DNA of 64,000 nucleotides, taken from contig OZ220744.1 of assembly GCA_965116925.1 (NCBI GenBank), forward strand, positions 3,744,001-3,808,000, in the 5' to 3' direction. The position numbers and the translations under genes were made by a program. Below are positions 9,454 to 20,058 of this stretch, piece by piece. The notes beneath the pieces are model-generated. The model saw only the letters and a list, made by a program, of their open reading frames with translations. It was not told where the DNA came from and did not search any database. This stretch comes from Candidatus Poribacteria bacterium (GTDB lineage: Bacteria > Poribacteria > WGA-4E > PCPOR2b). Position 1 is the stretch's first letter. Each line of letters opens with the position of its first letter.

Positions 9454-10056
9454 ATGGCTTATAATCGTTTTACATTAAGTGAAGCTAAAAAGGTCTTTCA
9501 ACTGATTACTGATGAATCAAGAGGTGTCTTTTCCACGGCGGCAGAAGTCGAAATCAGCGATTTTCTTCGCCAGACGCTAGAAAGAAACCTGTCTTTGGGG
9601 ATCGCTATCAATACGGAAAAGGCGCGATCAGAACTGATTGTCGCCCCAGTTTTGGTTGAACTGCTGGAACAGACACATCACCAGATTAGTCTGTTTTCAG
9701 GTAAGGCGTTTAATGTGGACAGAAAAAGAGGGTTGAGCGGCGCGTGCGATTTTATCATTAGTCTCTCCACCGAGCAACTATTTATTACTACGCCCGTCAT
9801 TGCAATCGTCGAAGCCAAAAATGATAACCCTATGAATGGTATCGGTCAATGCGTGGCGGAAATGGTTGCCGCCAGATTATTTAACGAGCGCGAGGAAAAC
9901 AATATCACTACAATCTACGGGGGAATCACAACGGGAAGCGTTTGGAAATTTCTAAAGTTAGAAGAGCAAACCGTCTATATCGATTTGGACGAATATCATA
10001 TCAACGATATCGGTAAAATTCTGGGCATTTTGTTGAGTATGATTCATTCAATTTAA
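9454..10056 (+). CDS. PD-(D/E)xK restriction-endonuclease-like protein
   Basis: CDFII...IVEAK...GQCVAEM...YGGITTGSVWKF. Confidence 0.65.
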   Translation: MAYNRFTLSEAKKVFQLITDESRGVFSTAAEVEISDFLRQTLERNLSLGIAINTEKARSELIVAPVLVELLEQTHHQISLFSGKAFNVDRKRGLSGACDFIISLSTEQLFITTPVIAIVEAKNDNPMNGIGQCVAEMVAARLFNEREENNITTIYGGITTGSVWKFLKLEEQTVYIDLDEYHINDIGKILGILLSMIHSI

Positions 10057-10076
10057 GGGATATCAGTTCAGCGAAC

Positions 10077-10685
10077 ATGAAGATTGCAGTTTTAGCCTCC
10101 GGCAGCGGAACCAATTTACAAGCGTTAATCGATCAGCTTCACCGCGACGAAAATAGTGGAGTTGAAATCGCTGTGGTGATTAGTGATCGGAGAAAAGCTT
10201 ACGCGCTCACCCGTGCCAAGGAAGCGGGTATTTCCACCCACGTAGCGAGGGTGCGAGATTTTCCGGATCGAGATGCGTTTGATGCAGAAATTTCAAAAAT
10301 CCTTGACAGGTACGGAGTAGAGTTAATCGTTCTAGCGGGTTTTATGAAATTGTTCCAACCGGCGTTTGTGCGGAAGTACCGCAACCGTATTATCAATATC
10401 CATCCGTCTCTACTGCCTGCGTTTCCGGGAGCGCACTCCGTACCCGATACACTAGCGTATGGTGCTAAAGTCAGTGGCATAACCGTTTTTTTTATTGATG
10501 AAGGAATTGATACTGGACCTATCATCGCACAAGCTGCGGTGCCTATATTCGACGATGATGATGAAGAAAGCCTGTTTAAGCGGATTCATATTGAAGAGCA
10601 TAAACTGTATCCGCAGGTCGTGCGTTGGTATGCAGCGGGTAAACTCGAAATTGTCGGTAGAAAAGTCCTTGTGAAGGAGTCATGA
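10077..10685 (+). CDS. purN: Phosphoribosylglycinamide formyltransferase
   Basis: VLASGSGTNLQALI, NIHPSLLP, DTGPII. Confidence 0.97.
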   Translation: MKIAVLASGSGTNLQALIDQLHRDENSGVEIAVVISDRRKAYALTRAKEAGISTHVARVRDFPDRDAFDAEISKILDRYGVELIVLAGFMKLFQPAFVRKYRNRIINIHPSLLPAFPGAHSVPDTLAYGAKVSGITVFFIDEGIDTGPIIAQAAVPIFDDDDEESLFKRIHIEEHKLYPQVVRWYAAGKLEIVGRKVLVKES

Positions 10686-10686
10686 G

Positions 10687-11601
10687 ATGTTAGCGATTTC
10701 GACCATGTGGAACGCTTTGAAACGCCCTGATGGAGCGGCACTGCTCGACGAACTCAAGGAACTCGGTTTTGATGCGATTGAACTCAGCCGACACCTGACG
10801 CAGGAACAGATTGAGCAGATTAAACCCCACCTAGCGACGACACGAATCTGCTCGATCCACAACTTTTGTCCCGTTCTGCATGGTCTCCCGCAATCGCAGG
10901 CGGAGAATGATCCGATCCACTTAGCAAGTATTGATGGGGATACGCGAAACGAAGCGGTTAAACAGACGATCCGGACGATGGAGTTGGCGGTCGAGATCGA
11001 GGTCCCAATCGTTGTGCTCCACTTGGGCGAGGTGGATACCTACGACCGCTCCTACTTGATGTACGGTTTCTACGAATACGGTGAACGAGAATTTGAGGCA
11101 TTTGGGGCGAAGGTAGAGGAAGCGACCGAATGGCGTAAACGCAAGGAGGCGAAACATCAGGACGCTGTGCTGTTCAGTCTTGACACGCTGAATGAGATAG
11201 CTTTGCAGATGGAGATCTACTTGGCGATCGAGAATCGTCCGCGCTACCATCAAATCCCTAATTTTGACGAGGTTGGGCTGTTCTTAGAGAAGTTCAAAGG
11301 AAGCAATATGCGGTATTGGCACGATGTCGGACACGCTATGCTTCAGGAGCGGGTGGGGCTCTGTTGGTCGCAGCGTTGGCTAGAAGCGTATGCAGAGAAC
11401 CTCATCGGCGTGAACCTACACGACCTCAAGGATCTTGAAGCCTATCACTCGCCGGGGTCTGGTGATCTTGACTTTGAGGAAATTTTGGCGCAGATTCCGC
11501 AGGACACGCTAGCTGTTTTAGAGGTCCGAGATGCACCGGCGGAACAACTTGTTGAGGTGACGGAAGAGTGGCAGTTATGGCGGAAACCCGAAAAACAGTA
11601 G
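10687..11601 (+). CDS. Sugar phosphate isomerase/epimerase (TIM barrel)
   Basis: LAIENR, HDVGH and LHD metal-binding motifs. Confidence 0.8.
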   Translation: MLAISTMWNALKRPDGAALLDELKELGFDAIELSRHLTQEQIEQIKPHLATTRICSIHNFCPVLHGLPQSQAENDPIHLASIDGDTRNEAVKQTIRTMELAVEIEVPIVVLHLGEVDTYDRSYLMYGFYEYGEREFEAFGAKVEEATEWRKRKEAKHQDAVLFSLDTLNEIALQMEIYLAIENRPRYHQIPNFDEVGLFLEKFKGSNMRYWHDVGHAMLQERVGLCWSQRWLEAYAENLIGVNLHDLKDLEAYHSPGSGDLDFEEILAQIPQDTLAVLEVRDAPAEQLVEVTEEWQLWRKPEKQ

Positions 11602-11697
11602 GACTTACGCAGCACGTTTTTAAGTCCCCCTGATAAGGGGGATTTAGGGGGTTAGCTGTGCATCGGGAGTGTCCCATTAATTCTAAAATCTACTATA
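11599..11697. repeat. Mosaic MITE: family D left end plus family C end
   Basis: TAGGACTTACGCA (supplies the upstream TAG stop)...CCCCCTGATAAGGGGG...ATTAATTCTAAAATCTACTATA. Confidence 0.7.
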
Positions 11698-11940
11698 AAT
11701 AATGAGCGGGGTAACACGATGACATGTGGTTATCCCGACACACTAATTTTAGGGTAAACGACCCCACAAAGCCCACAACGAAACGGTTTTTAACTTGGCA
11801 TCGTTGATGCATATAGACATCATCAATCTATTCTGAAGCTATTTTTTTCCAACTTCGGTATAGGGTTAAACGGGATTCAGAGATTGGCTTCCAATTCAAG
11901 CCGAAGTGAACCGCAGATTCTTACGTTAGGAGAATTCATC

Positions 11941-13206
11941 ATGGATAGACTAATCATCAACGGTGGCAAGCAGCTCGAAGGCACAATTTCAGTCAGTGGT
12001 TCCAAAAACGCAACGCTCCCCATAGCTGTTGCAGCCGCAATTCTGGCAGACAGTTCCAGCGTTATTCACAATGTTCCCAATCTGAGAGATATTGATAGCC
12101 TCTGCGCGGTGCTAGAGGTATTGGGAGCGACGACGAAGTTAGAGAATTCAACGCTCTATATCGAACCGGGGGACCGAGTTGCTTACGAAGCTCCCTACGA
12201 CCTTGTCCGGAAGATGCGAGCATCAATTTATGTGCTAGGTCCCCTCGTGGCACGTTTAGGTATCGCAAAAGTCTCTTTCCCCGGCGGTTGTGCCATCGGT
12301 CCTCGTCCGGTAGACTTGCACCTAAAAGGGTTGCAGCAGCTCGGTGCAGAGGTTGAGATTGACAGTGGCTATATCATAGCACGAACGAATGGATTGATTG
12401 GTGCGGAGATGTATCTGAGAGGACCGCACGGTTCAAGTGTTGGGGCAACCGCAAACGTCATGATGGCTGCAGCCTTGGCGGAAGGCACGACCACTATTCG
12501 TGGAGCCGCCTGCGAACCAGAGGTCGCTGACCTAGCGAATTTCCTCAATGCTATGGGCGCAAATATTGAAGGGGTTGGCACATCTACCTTGACAATAGAT
12601 GGGGTCAAACAGCTTCACGGCACGGAGTATACCATCATTCCAGATCGCATCGAAGCCGGAACATTCATGGTTGCGGGTGCTATTACGAAGGGAGACGTTT
12701 TTGTGAAGGATGCCCCCGCTCAACACCTCGGTGCTACAGCCGAAAAATTAATCGAGGCGGGTGTTCAATTGGATTGGGCAGATGATGGCGTTCGCGTGAG
12801 GACGCCACGAGAATTCCGAGCAGTTCATATCGCCACTGATACATATCCGGGGTTTCCCACGGATATGCAGGCGCAGATGATGGGACTTCTCAGTATCGCG
12901 CCGGGTATTAGCACTATTACGGAAGGCATCTACTTAGATCGCTTCATGCACGCGAGCGAACTCAATCGAATGGGAGCAGATATTCGCGTCGAAGGAAACC
13001 ATGCGGTGATACGTGGTAAGCTCAGACTCAGTGGCGCGCCTGTCATGGCGTCCGACCTCCGTGCGGGTGCGGTGCTTGTTCTCGCTGGCATGGCAGCAGT
13101 AGGCGAAACGGTTGTTTCCCGTATCTATCATATCGACCGTGGATACGAGAACATTGAGCAGAAACTGGCGGGTATTGGCGCAGATATTACCCGGGCGAGG
13201 GACTAA
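11941..13206 (+). CDS. murA: UDP-N-acetylglucosamine 1-carboxyvinyltransferase
   Basis: SGSKNATLP, PGGCAIGPRPVDLH, PGFPTDMQ; AGGAG RBS before ATG 11941. Confidence 0.97.
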   Translation: MDRLIINGGKQLEGTISVSGSKNATLPIAVAAAILADSSSVIHNVPNLRDIDSLCAVLEVLGATTKLENSTLYIEPGDRVAYEAPYDLVRKMRASIYVLGPLVARLGIAKVSFPGGCAIGPRPVDLHLKGLQQLGAEVEIDSGYIIARTNGLIGAEMYLRGPHGSSVGATANVMMAAALAEGTTTIRGAACEPEVADLANFLNAMGANIEGVGTSTLTIDGVKQLHGTEYTIIPDRIEAGTFMVAGAITKGDVFVKDAPAQHLGATAEKLIEAGVQLDWADDGVRVRTPREFRAVHIATDTYPGFPTDMQAQMMGLLSIAPGISTITEGIYLDRFMHASELNRMGADIRVEGNHAVIRGKLRLSGAPVMASDLRAGAVLVLAGMAAVGETVVSRIYHIDRGYENIEQKLAGIGADITRARD

Positions 13207-13214
13207 AAAAAGGT

Positions 13215-13347
13215 GGCTTATGTAAAAAGAAAGTGCAAAATATGAAGCGAAATCGTAGGGGCGGGGTTTCCCCGCCCGCCGTAAGGGTTGGGTGACCCAA
13301 CCCCTACGAAAACTCGGTTGCTGTTGCACGCTTTCTTAACATGAGCC
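13215..13347 (+). mobile_element. MITE family A with 8-bp target duplication
   Basis: AAAAAGGT | GGCTTATGTAAAA...TTAACATGAGCC | AAAAAGGT. Confidence 0.85.
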
Positions 13348-13429
13348 AAAAAGGTAATAGGCATACTCCGTATGCCGTTGCGTAAATCCTAAATCTATAC
13401 GAACATTGACGAGAAACGAGGAATTTTCT

Positions 13430-14728
13430 GTGATCGCCATTCTTGATGCCCACTCGGACGAAGCGGCGGCTTTTATCGAAAAACTTAATCTACGTGGGGG
13501 ATTAGAGGATTCAAACATTCTAAGGACTGTCCGTAGGACTTTGCAAGATGTCCAAAGAGATGGCGACAGAGCTGTTGTTAAGTATACGCGCAAGCTTGAC
13601 GCTCCACGGATCACTGTTGAGGAGATGCGAGTCACAGATGTGGAGATTGACGACGCCTCCGCTCAGGTCGATTCGGAATTCCATGATGCGATCGAGCTGG
13701 CGCGGACGAACATTGAGCGGTTTCATCAGAAGCAGCTACAGAATTCTTGGCTATCCACCGAAGCGGATGGAGTCGTTTTGGGACATCTCATCCGTCCGTT
13801 AAGACGTGTCGGTGTATGTGTCCCGTCCGTAAGTCAGTTGTTGGTTTCTTCGCTGATAATGAATCTGGTTCCTGCGAAAGTTGCGGGCGTTGAGGAGATT
13901 GCGGTCTTCATGGGACCGATGCGAAATCGGAAGATTGACCCGCACATGCTTGTCGCTGCAGCGGCATGTGGTGTCCGCGAGATTTACAAGTGTGGCGGTG
14001 CACAGGCGGTCGGTGCGATGGCTTACGGAACAGACACCATTCCGAAGGTGGATAAGATCGTCGGTCCGGGCAATCTGTATGTCCAACTTGCGAAGAAAGA
14101 GGTCTACGGTCCCATCGATATTGACAAACTGGCAGGTCCCAGCGAAGTCCTCATTATCGCCGATCACACCGCAAATCCCGCCTATGTTGCAGCAGACCTG
14201 ATTTCACAAGCAGAACATAGCGTGGAATGTTCCGCCATTCTCATCACAACATCAAGAGACATTGCGGAGCAAGTTTGTGCTGAGATTGAACGACAGGCTC
14301 AAAAGCTGCCCCGCCAATCTGAACTGACCGGTGCTTTTGAAAACTACGGTGTAGCGTTCATCGTCGCAGATTTAGCCGAAGCGGTAGAGATCACCAACGA
14401 AATCGCCCCTGAACATGTTGAGTTAGAGGTAGAAAATCCAATTGAGTGGGTCGGTGCTATCCGTAATGCGGGTGCGATTATGCTAGGACCTTATACCCCC
14501 GAATCTGTTGGTGATTATATCGCCGGTCCTAGTCACATCCTGCCAACGGGCGGAGCAGCGAAGTACGCCTCCCCGTTGAGTGTCGATGACTTCCTGAAGA
14601 AAACAAGTATTATCTCCTACACCAAAACCGCCTTAGAAAAGGTCACGCCAGCTGTCGTCAAACTCGCTCAAATTGAGGGGCTTCAGGGACATGCGGAAGC
14701 GATGAAGATTCGATCCGATAAACATTAA
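13430..14728 (+). CDS. hisD: Histidinol dehydrogenase
   Basis: KIVGPGN, AGPSEV, SQAEH, APEH, GPSHILPT; GTG start after GAGG. Confidence 0.95.
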   Translation: MIAILDAHSDEAAAFIEKLNLRGGLEDSNILRTVRRTLQDVQRDGDRAVVKYTRKLDAPRITVEEMRVTDVEIDDASAQVDSEFHDAIELARTNIERFHQKQLQNSWLSTEADGVVLGHLIRPLRRVGVCVPSVSQLLVSSLIMNLVPAKVAGVEEIAVFMGPMRNRKIDPHMLVAAAACGVREIYKCGGAQAVGAMAYGTDTIPKVDKIVGPGNLYVQLAKKEVYGPIDIDKLAGPSEVLIIADHTANPAYVAADLISQAEHSVECSAILITTSRDIAEQVCAEIERQAQKLPRQSELTGAFENYGVAFIVADLAEAVEITNEIAPEHVELEVENPIEWVGAIRNAGAIMLGPYTPESVGDYIAGPSHILPTGGAAKYASPLSVDDFLKKTSIISYTKTALEKVTPAVVKLAQIEGLQGHAEAMKIRSDKH

Positions 14729-14755
14729 GCCCCGATTGCCGTCAAATACAAACGA

Positions 14756-15574
14756 TTGGAAGAGAAGAAGGTGGAGCAATCTACCGATCCTTTTTTGCCG
14801 CTCCAATTCCCTATTTCCCATCTCACGCAAAGGAGATTTCTCTGCATGTTGCCTCTCCAGTTTGTCTGTGCGACAATCTATACCGGGATCCTTACCTTCG
14901 CCGGTACAGAATCTCATCCGTCTAATTCTAAAGTGCCTGACCGCCCCATCACAACCTTTTCAATCGTTGGGCGCGATCCGGAGAATGGCGATCTCGGAGT
15001 TGCCGTTCAATCCAAGTTTTTTGCCGTTGGAGCCGTTGTACCGTGGGCAAAGGCAGGCGTTGGTGCAGTTGCGACCCAATCGTGGACAAATACGACTTAT
15101 GGGATAAAGGGCTTAGAACTTCTGGAAAACGGACTTACCGCTCAACAAGCATTGGATCGGCTAGTTGCCGGCGATGATGGGAGATCCCAGCGTCAGGTCG
15201 GTATTATTGATGCAGACGGTAACGTCGCTAACTATACCGGCGATGAATGTCTCGAATGGGCGGGTGTGTGCAGTGGAGAAAATTACTCGGCACAAGGCAA
15301 CTTACTGACCGGTGAGGCGGTGGTTGATGCGATGGGGAAGGCGTTTGAGGAAACAGAGGGAGAACTAGCAGAAAAACTGATGGCAGCACTCATTGCGGGT
15401 CAGGAAAAAGGTGGGGATCGGCGTGGGCAGCAGGCAGCAGCGTTACTTGTCGTACGCGAAAACGGTGGAGAGGGTGGTTTTAATGATCGGTATATCGATC
15501 TACGGGTTGATGACCATAAGCAGCCGATTAAGGAATTACGGCGGCTGCTGAAAATTCAATTGAGTATGCGGTAA
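14756..15574 (+). CDS. DUF1028 Ntn-hydrolase-like protein with signal/anchor segment
   Basis: TFSIVGRD...GVAVQS...GAVATQS...GGDRRGQQAA...DLRVDDH. Confidence 0.85.
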   Translation: MEEKKVEQSTDPFLPLQFPISHLTQRRFLCMLPLQFVCATIYTGILTFAGTESHPSNSKVPDRPITTFSIVGRDPENGDLGVAVQSKFFAVGAVVPWAKAGVGAVATQSWTNTTYGIKGLELLENGLTAQQALDRLVAGDDGRSQRQVGIIDADGNVANYTGDECLEWAGVCSGENYSAQGNLLTGEAVVDAMGKAFEETEGELAEKLMAALIAGQEKGGDRRGQQAAALLVVRENGGEGGFNDRYIDLRVDDHKQPIKELRRLLKIQLSMR

Positions 15575-15631
15575 GACTCGGAAACCATAAAATTATTGTC
15601 AATATACGCTAAATTTTCTGATCATTTGGAA

Positions 15632-16267
15632 ATGAAAACAGCACTCCCCCCTGAAGCCTTCGCACGAATTGACGAAACCGATGATCATCTGTTTTACGCC
15701 GAACCCCGTATCGTCACCCATATTGACGACTACGCAATCGCCGCAATCAAGGAATTCTTCAATCAAACCTTACCGAGAAATGCTGACATATTAGACCTGA
15801 TGAGCAGCGCCTTCTCACACCTTCCCGAAGGATTTCCCGCTCAACGTATCGTCGGATTAGGCTTGAACGCGGTAGAACTTCAGGTCAATCCTGTCCTTGA
15901 CGAGCATGTAATTCATGACCTCAACGCCGATCCAACACTCCCTTTTGGTGATGGAGAATTTACAGCGGTGATCATGACTGTTTCGATGCAGTACCTGACT
16001 AATCCCGTCGAGGTTTTTCGTGAGGTGCATCGCATCCTTCAGCCAGATGGTCCGTTCATCGTCATTTTCTCCAATCGACTGTTCCCAACGAAAGCGGTGT
16101 ATATCTGGCGTGTAACCTCAGACGTTGAACACGCGGAATTGGTGCAGCATTACTTCCGTTTGGCGGGCGGCTATGCAGAAATCACATTTTTGGATTGCAC
16201 CCCACAGACCGATGAATACACGGATCCGGTGTATGTCGTTATGGCGAACAGGGTTGAGGTGCCTTAG
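15632..16267 (+). CDS. SAM-dependent methyltransferase (type 11)
   Basis: FYAEPRIVTHIDD, ILDLMSS, FSNRLFPTKA. Confidence 0.85.
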   Translation: MKTALPPEAFARIDETDDHLFYAEPRIVTHIDDYAIAAIKEFFNQTLPRNADILDLMSSAFSHLPEGFPAQRIVGLGLNAVELQVNPVLDEHVIHDLNADPTLPFGDGEFTAVIMTVSMQYLTNPVEVFREVHRILQPDGPFIVIFSNRLFPTKAVYIWRVTSDVEHAELVQHYFRLAGGYAEITFLDCTPQTDEYTDPVYVVMANRVEVP

Positions 16268-16339
16268 ATATGGCAGACAACATAAATCTTTCACATTCAA
16301 TAATTTGACAAAGTTACGACGAAAGGAGAATTTTGAATC

Positions 16340-18199
16340 ATGGCTGATAGCAACAACACCGAAGAAATCCAAGAATTTGAGTATAAAGCAGAGATGGAGC
16401 AACTCCTGCATCTCATTGTTCACTCGCTTTATACTCACCCCGAAGTCGCCATCCGCGAACTCATTTCCAACGCTTCCGATGCGTTACATAAAATCCGCTT
16501 CAGGCAGTTGACGGATAAGAATATCCTAAATCCTGAAACACCTTTAAGGGTTGACATCGCCGTCGATTCCGATGCACAGACATTCTCGATTACGGATACA
16601 GGCATTGGCATGACCAAGGACGATTTGACCGAAAGAATCGGCACCGTTGCTAGCTCAGGAACGCTAGAGTTTTTGGAGCAGATGAAGGAAGGGGATACCC
16701 CTTTCGACGCCAACCTAATCGGTCAGTTCGGTATCGGTTTTTATTCGGTGTTTATGCTCACGAACGAGATTACTATTGAAACGCGCCACGCAGATGTCGA
16801 CTCAAAGGGATTCCGGTGGCAGTCAACGGGTGAAGGCAAATTTTCCATCAAGGAGATTGAACGTCCACAGCGGGGCACACAAATCTCCTTCAAGCTGAAA
16901 GACGAATCCAAGGAATTTAGCGATTCGTATCGCGTTGAGCAGGTCATCACGAAATACTCCAATTTTGTCGATTTTCCTGTTTCGGTCAATGGTAAGCAGG
17001 TGAACACTGTCAGTGCCTTGTGGCATAAGAATAGGAATGAAGTGACGGAGGAGGAACGGAATGAGTTCTACAAATTCATATCTAACGACCTCAATCCGCC
17101 ACTCGGTCACCTGCATCTTTCTCTCGAAGGTCGCGTGAATTTCAAAGCGTTGATGTTTATACCAGAGACACAACCGCTCAGATTTCTCAGGGAGGAAGAC
17201 CTGAGTTCGCTGCACCTGTATTCGAGCAAGGTCTTTATTCAGGATGATTGCAAAGAACTCCTGCCTGAATACCTTCGATTCATGTCAGGGGTGGTGGATA
17301 CTGAAGATCTACCCTTGAATGTGTCCCGCGAGGTGACACAATCGAGTCCCATCATGACACGCATCCGGGAAACCTTAACGGGCAGAGTGCTCTCTCTGTT
17401 AGAAGACTGGGCGAAAAATGACGCAGAAAAGTACGAGAAATTCTTCAGGAATTTCGGTTTGCTCTTCAAAACAGGACTCAGTTCCGATTTCGTCAACAAG
17501 GATCGGCTGCTTGAGCTCTTGCGGTTTGAGTCAACCAAAACCGAAAGCGGCAAGTTTACTTCGCTGAAGGATTATGTTGCCGGGATGTCGGAGGATCAGG
17601 AGGAGATTTATTATCTGTCAGGTGATAGCAGAACTGCGGTAGAACGGAATCCCAATTTGGAATATTTTAGGAAGGGTGGGATCGAGGTGTTGTTCTTCAT
17701 CGATCCCGTCGATCTGTTCAATACTCCCCACCTACTTGAATATGACGGAAAACCGCTAAAAAGCATCGAAAAGGCGGATATAGATCTCAAGGCGGACGAA
17801 GAAAGCCAAGATGACACCTTAACTGAGGATCCCAACCTGATTTCTGTTTTCAAGGAAGTCCTTGGCGATAAGGTGGAAGACGTGGTCGCCTCCAAACGGC
17901 TGGTTGATTCGGCAGCAACTTTGGTTGTCGGTGAAGAGGGTATGGACGCCCACATGGAGCGGATGATGAAAATGATGAATCAGGATTTCACCGGCTCTAA
18001 ACGCATCTTAGAACTCAACTTTTCCCATCCGTTGATAAAGAATCTCGCACAACTCAACCAGAACCAAGGCGATGAAACCCTTATTAAGAACTGTATTTTA
18101 CAGCTTTACGAAGGTGCGTTGTTGGTTGACGGAAACACCGTGGACCCACCCACATTTGTTGCTCGGATGACGGAGATTATGGAACAAGCAACAAATTGA
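16340..18199 (+). CDS. htpG: Hsp90 chaperone
   Basis: RELISNASDA, DTGIGMT, IGQFGIGFYS, LPLNVSRE. Confidence 0.97.
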   Translation: MADSNNTEEIQEFEYKAEMEQLLHLIVHSLYTHPEVAIRELISNASDALHKIRFRQLTDKNILNPETPLRVDIAVDSDAQTFSITDTGIGMTKDDLTERIGTVASSGTLEFLEQMKEGDTPFDANLIGQFGIGFYSVFMLTNEITIETRHADVDSKGFRWQSTGEGKFSIKEIERPQRGTQISFKLKDESKEFSDSYRVEQVITKYSNFVDFPVSVNGKQVNTVSALWHKNRNEVTEEERNEFYKFISNDLNPPLGHLHLSLEGRVNFKALMFIPETQPLRFLREEDLSSLHLYSSKVFIQDDCKELLPEYLRFMSGVVDTEDLPLNVSREVTQSSPIMTRIRETLTGRVLSLLEDWAKNDAEKYEKFFRNFGLLFKTGLSSDFVNKDRLLELLRFESTKTESGKFTSLKDYVAGMSEDQEEIYYLSGDSRTAVERNPNLEYFRKGGIEVLFFIDPVDLFNTPHLLEYDGKPLKSIEKADIDLKADEESQDDTLTEDPNLISVFKEVLGDKVEDVVASKRLVDSAATLVVGEEGMDAHMERMMKMMNQDFTGSKRILELNFSHPLIKNLAQLNQNQGDETLIKNCILQLYEGALLVDGNTVDPPTFVARMTEIMEQATN

Positions 18200-18278
18200 C
18201 GTGAATTCTGATTTGGCGAATCGTATCCCAATTTATCGGGGCTATACCTACTTTAGGAAGGTTTTGAAGGAGAAATTA

Positions 18279-19364
18279 ATGCATGCAACAATTACCGTAA
18301 TACCCGGAGATGGAATCGGTCAAGAAGTCACAACTGAGGCGATTCGGGTCTTAGATACTATCCAAGACAAATATGGACACCGCTTTGAATATGAATACGG
18401 ACTTCTCGGCGGCTGCGCGATTGATCAGACTGGTACAGCCCTGCCGCAAGAAACGTTGGATCTATGCCGAAGATCCGATGCAATCCTATTCGGTGCGGCG
18501 GGGGGACCGGAGTGGGAAGATGTCCCAAGCGCAGAACGTCCAGAACGCGCAGTCGGAACAGTACGCAAAGAACTTGACCTGTTTGTGAATCTACGCCCGA
18601 TTCGTGGAAGAAAAGCGTTGGCACCCGTTATGCCGGTGAAGGACGAGATCATCGGTGAAGGATTAGACTTTATCGTAATCCGTGAGTTGGCTGGCGGTTT
18701 ATACTACGGCGAGCCTCGTGGCATTGAACCACACGCAGATGGAGAACGCGGCTGCAATACACTTGCTTACACGACACGAGAGATTGACCGTGTGGTACGC
18801 GCTGGCTTTGAACTCGCACGGAAACGGTCTAAAAAACTCACCTCTGTGGCGAAGGAGAACATGCTGGAAAGTTCAAAACTCTGGCGAGAAGTTGCGACAA
18901 AGGTGAGTCAGGATTATCCCGATGTCGAATTAGACCATATCCTAGTTGATGCGTGTGCCTATCATCTCATCCGAAACCCGAGCCAATTTGATGTCATGGT
19001 AACGGGAAATATCTTCGGGGATATCCTCACCGACGAAGCGGGTGTGTTGGTTGGTTCACTCGGTATGTGCCCGTCGGCAAGCTACGGCTATACCAAGCAA
19101 GGCTTCTACGAACCAATTCACGGCACCGCACCGGACATCACCGGACAAGGGGTCGCCAACCCGATAGGGGAGATTTTGTCCGCAGCCCTTCTGCTCCGAC
19201 ACTCCTTCGACCTTGAGACGGAAGCTGCGGATATTGAAAATGCTGTTGACCGTGCAATTGACAAGGGATTCCGTACCATTGATATCCAGCAGCCGGGATT
19301 GAAAACAGTCGGTACTGTCGAAATGACAGACGCCATTATTGCCGAGATTCGATCCGATTCGTAA
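18279..19364 (+). CDS. leuB: 3-isopropylmalate dehydrogenase
   Basis: PGDGIGQEV, NLRP, RELAGGLYYG, NIFGDILTDE, EPIHGTAPDI. Confidence 0.92.
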   Translation: MHATITVIPGDGIGQEVTTEAIRVLDTIQDKYGHRFEYEYGLLGGCAIDQTGTALPQETLDLCRRSDAILFGAAGGPEWEDVPSAERPERAVGTVRKELDLFVNLRPIRGRKALAPVMPVKDEIIGEGLDFIVIRELAGGLYYGEPRGIEPHADGERGCNTLAYTTREIDRVVRAGFELARKRSKKLTSVAKENMLESSKLWREVATKVSQDYPDVELDHILVDACAYHLIRNPSQFDVMVTGNIFGDILTDEAGVLVGSLGMCPSASYGYTKQGFYEPIHGTAPDITGQGVANPIGEILSAALLLRHSFDLETEAADIENAVDRAIDKGFRTIDIQQPGLKTVGTVEMTDAIIAEIRSDS

Positions 19365-19398
19365 AGCGCGAGCGTTAGCCGCGAGGAGACCCATAAAT

Positions 19399-20031
19399 AT
19401 GGATAAACTTCGCAGAGAATATACCGACGCCGGCTTGAACGAGCGGGACTTGGATGCGAATCCCTTTAATCAGTTTGAGAAGTGGTTTCAAGACGCGGTC
19501 GATGCGGAAATTGATCTGCCGGACGCTATGACGCTGGCAACAGCAACGAGGGACGGTATACCTTCGGCAAGGGTTGTACTGCTTCGGGGGCATGATGAGC
19601 GGGGCTTCGTTTTTTACACGGACTACGAAAGCCAAAAGGGGACGGAACTCGCAGAGAATCCGAATGCCGCGTTGGTTTTTTACTGGCGCGAACTGGATCG
19701 GCAGGTGCGTATCACCGGACAGGTGAGCAAGGTCTCTCGTGAAAATTCCCAAAACTATTTTCAGAGTCGGCCTGTCGATAGTCGTTTGGCTGCGTTGGCG
19801 TCAAAACAGAGCGAAGTTATCCCGGATCGAAAGGTACTGGAAGAACGATTCAATCAGTTAGCAGAACAATATCAGGACAAAGAGATTCCGCTGCCGTCAG
19901 ATTGGGGTGGTTATCGCTTATCCCCCAACATGATTGAGTTCTGGAGTGGTCGTCCAAGCCGTCTGCATGACCGGCTTCGCTACACCCGCCAACCTAATGA
20001 CGATTGGCGGATTGAGCGAATTTCACCGTGA
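19399..20031 (+). CDS. pdxH: Pyridoxamine 5'-phosphate oxidase
   Basis: PSARVVLL, RQVRITG, EFWSGRPSRLHDR. Confidence 0.95.
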   Translation: MDKLRREYTDAGLNERDLDANPFNQFEKWFQDAVDAEIDLPDAMTLATATRDGIPSARVVLLRGHDERGFVFYTDYESQKGTELAENPNAALVFYWRELDRQVRITGQVSKVSRENSQNYFQSRPVDSRLAALASKQSEVIPDRKVLEERFNQLAEQYQDKEIPLPSDWGGYRLSPNMIEFWSGRPSRLHDRLRYTRQPNDDWRIERISP

Positions 20032-20058
20032 CGCTTTCTCTTGAATCAGGGCCCTCGG

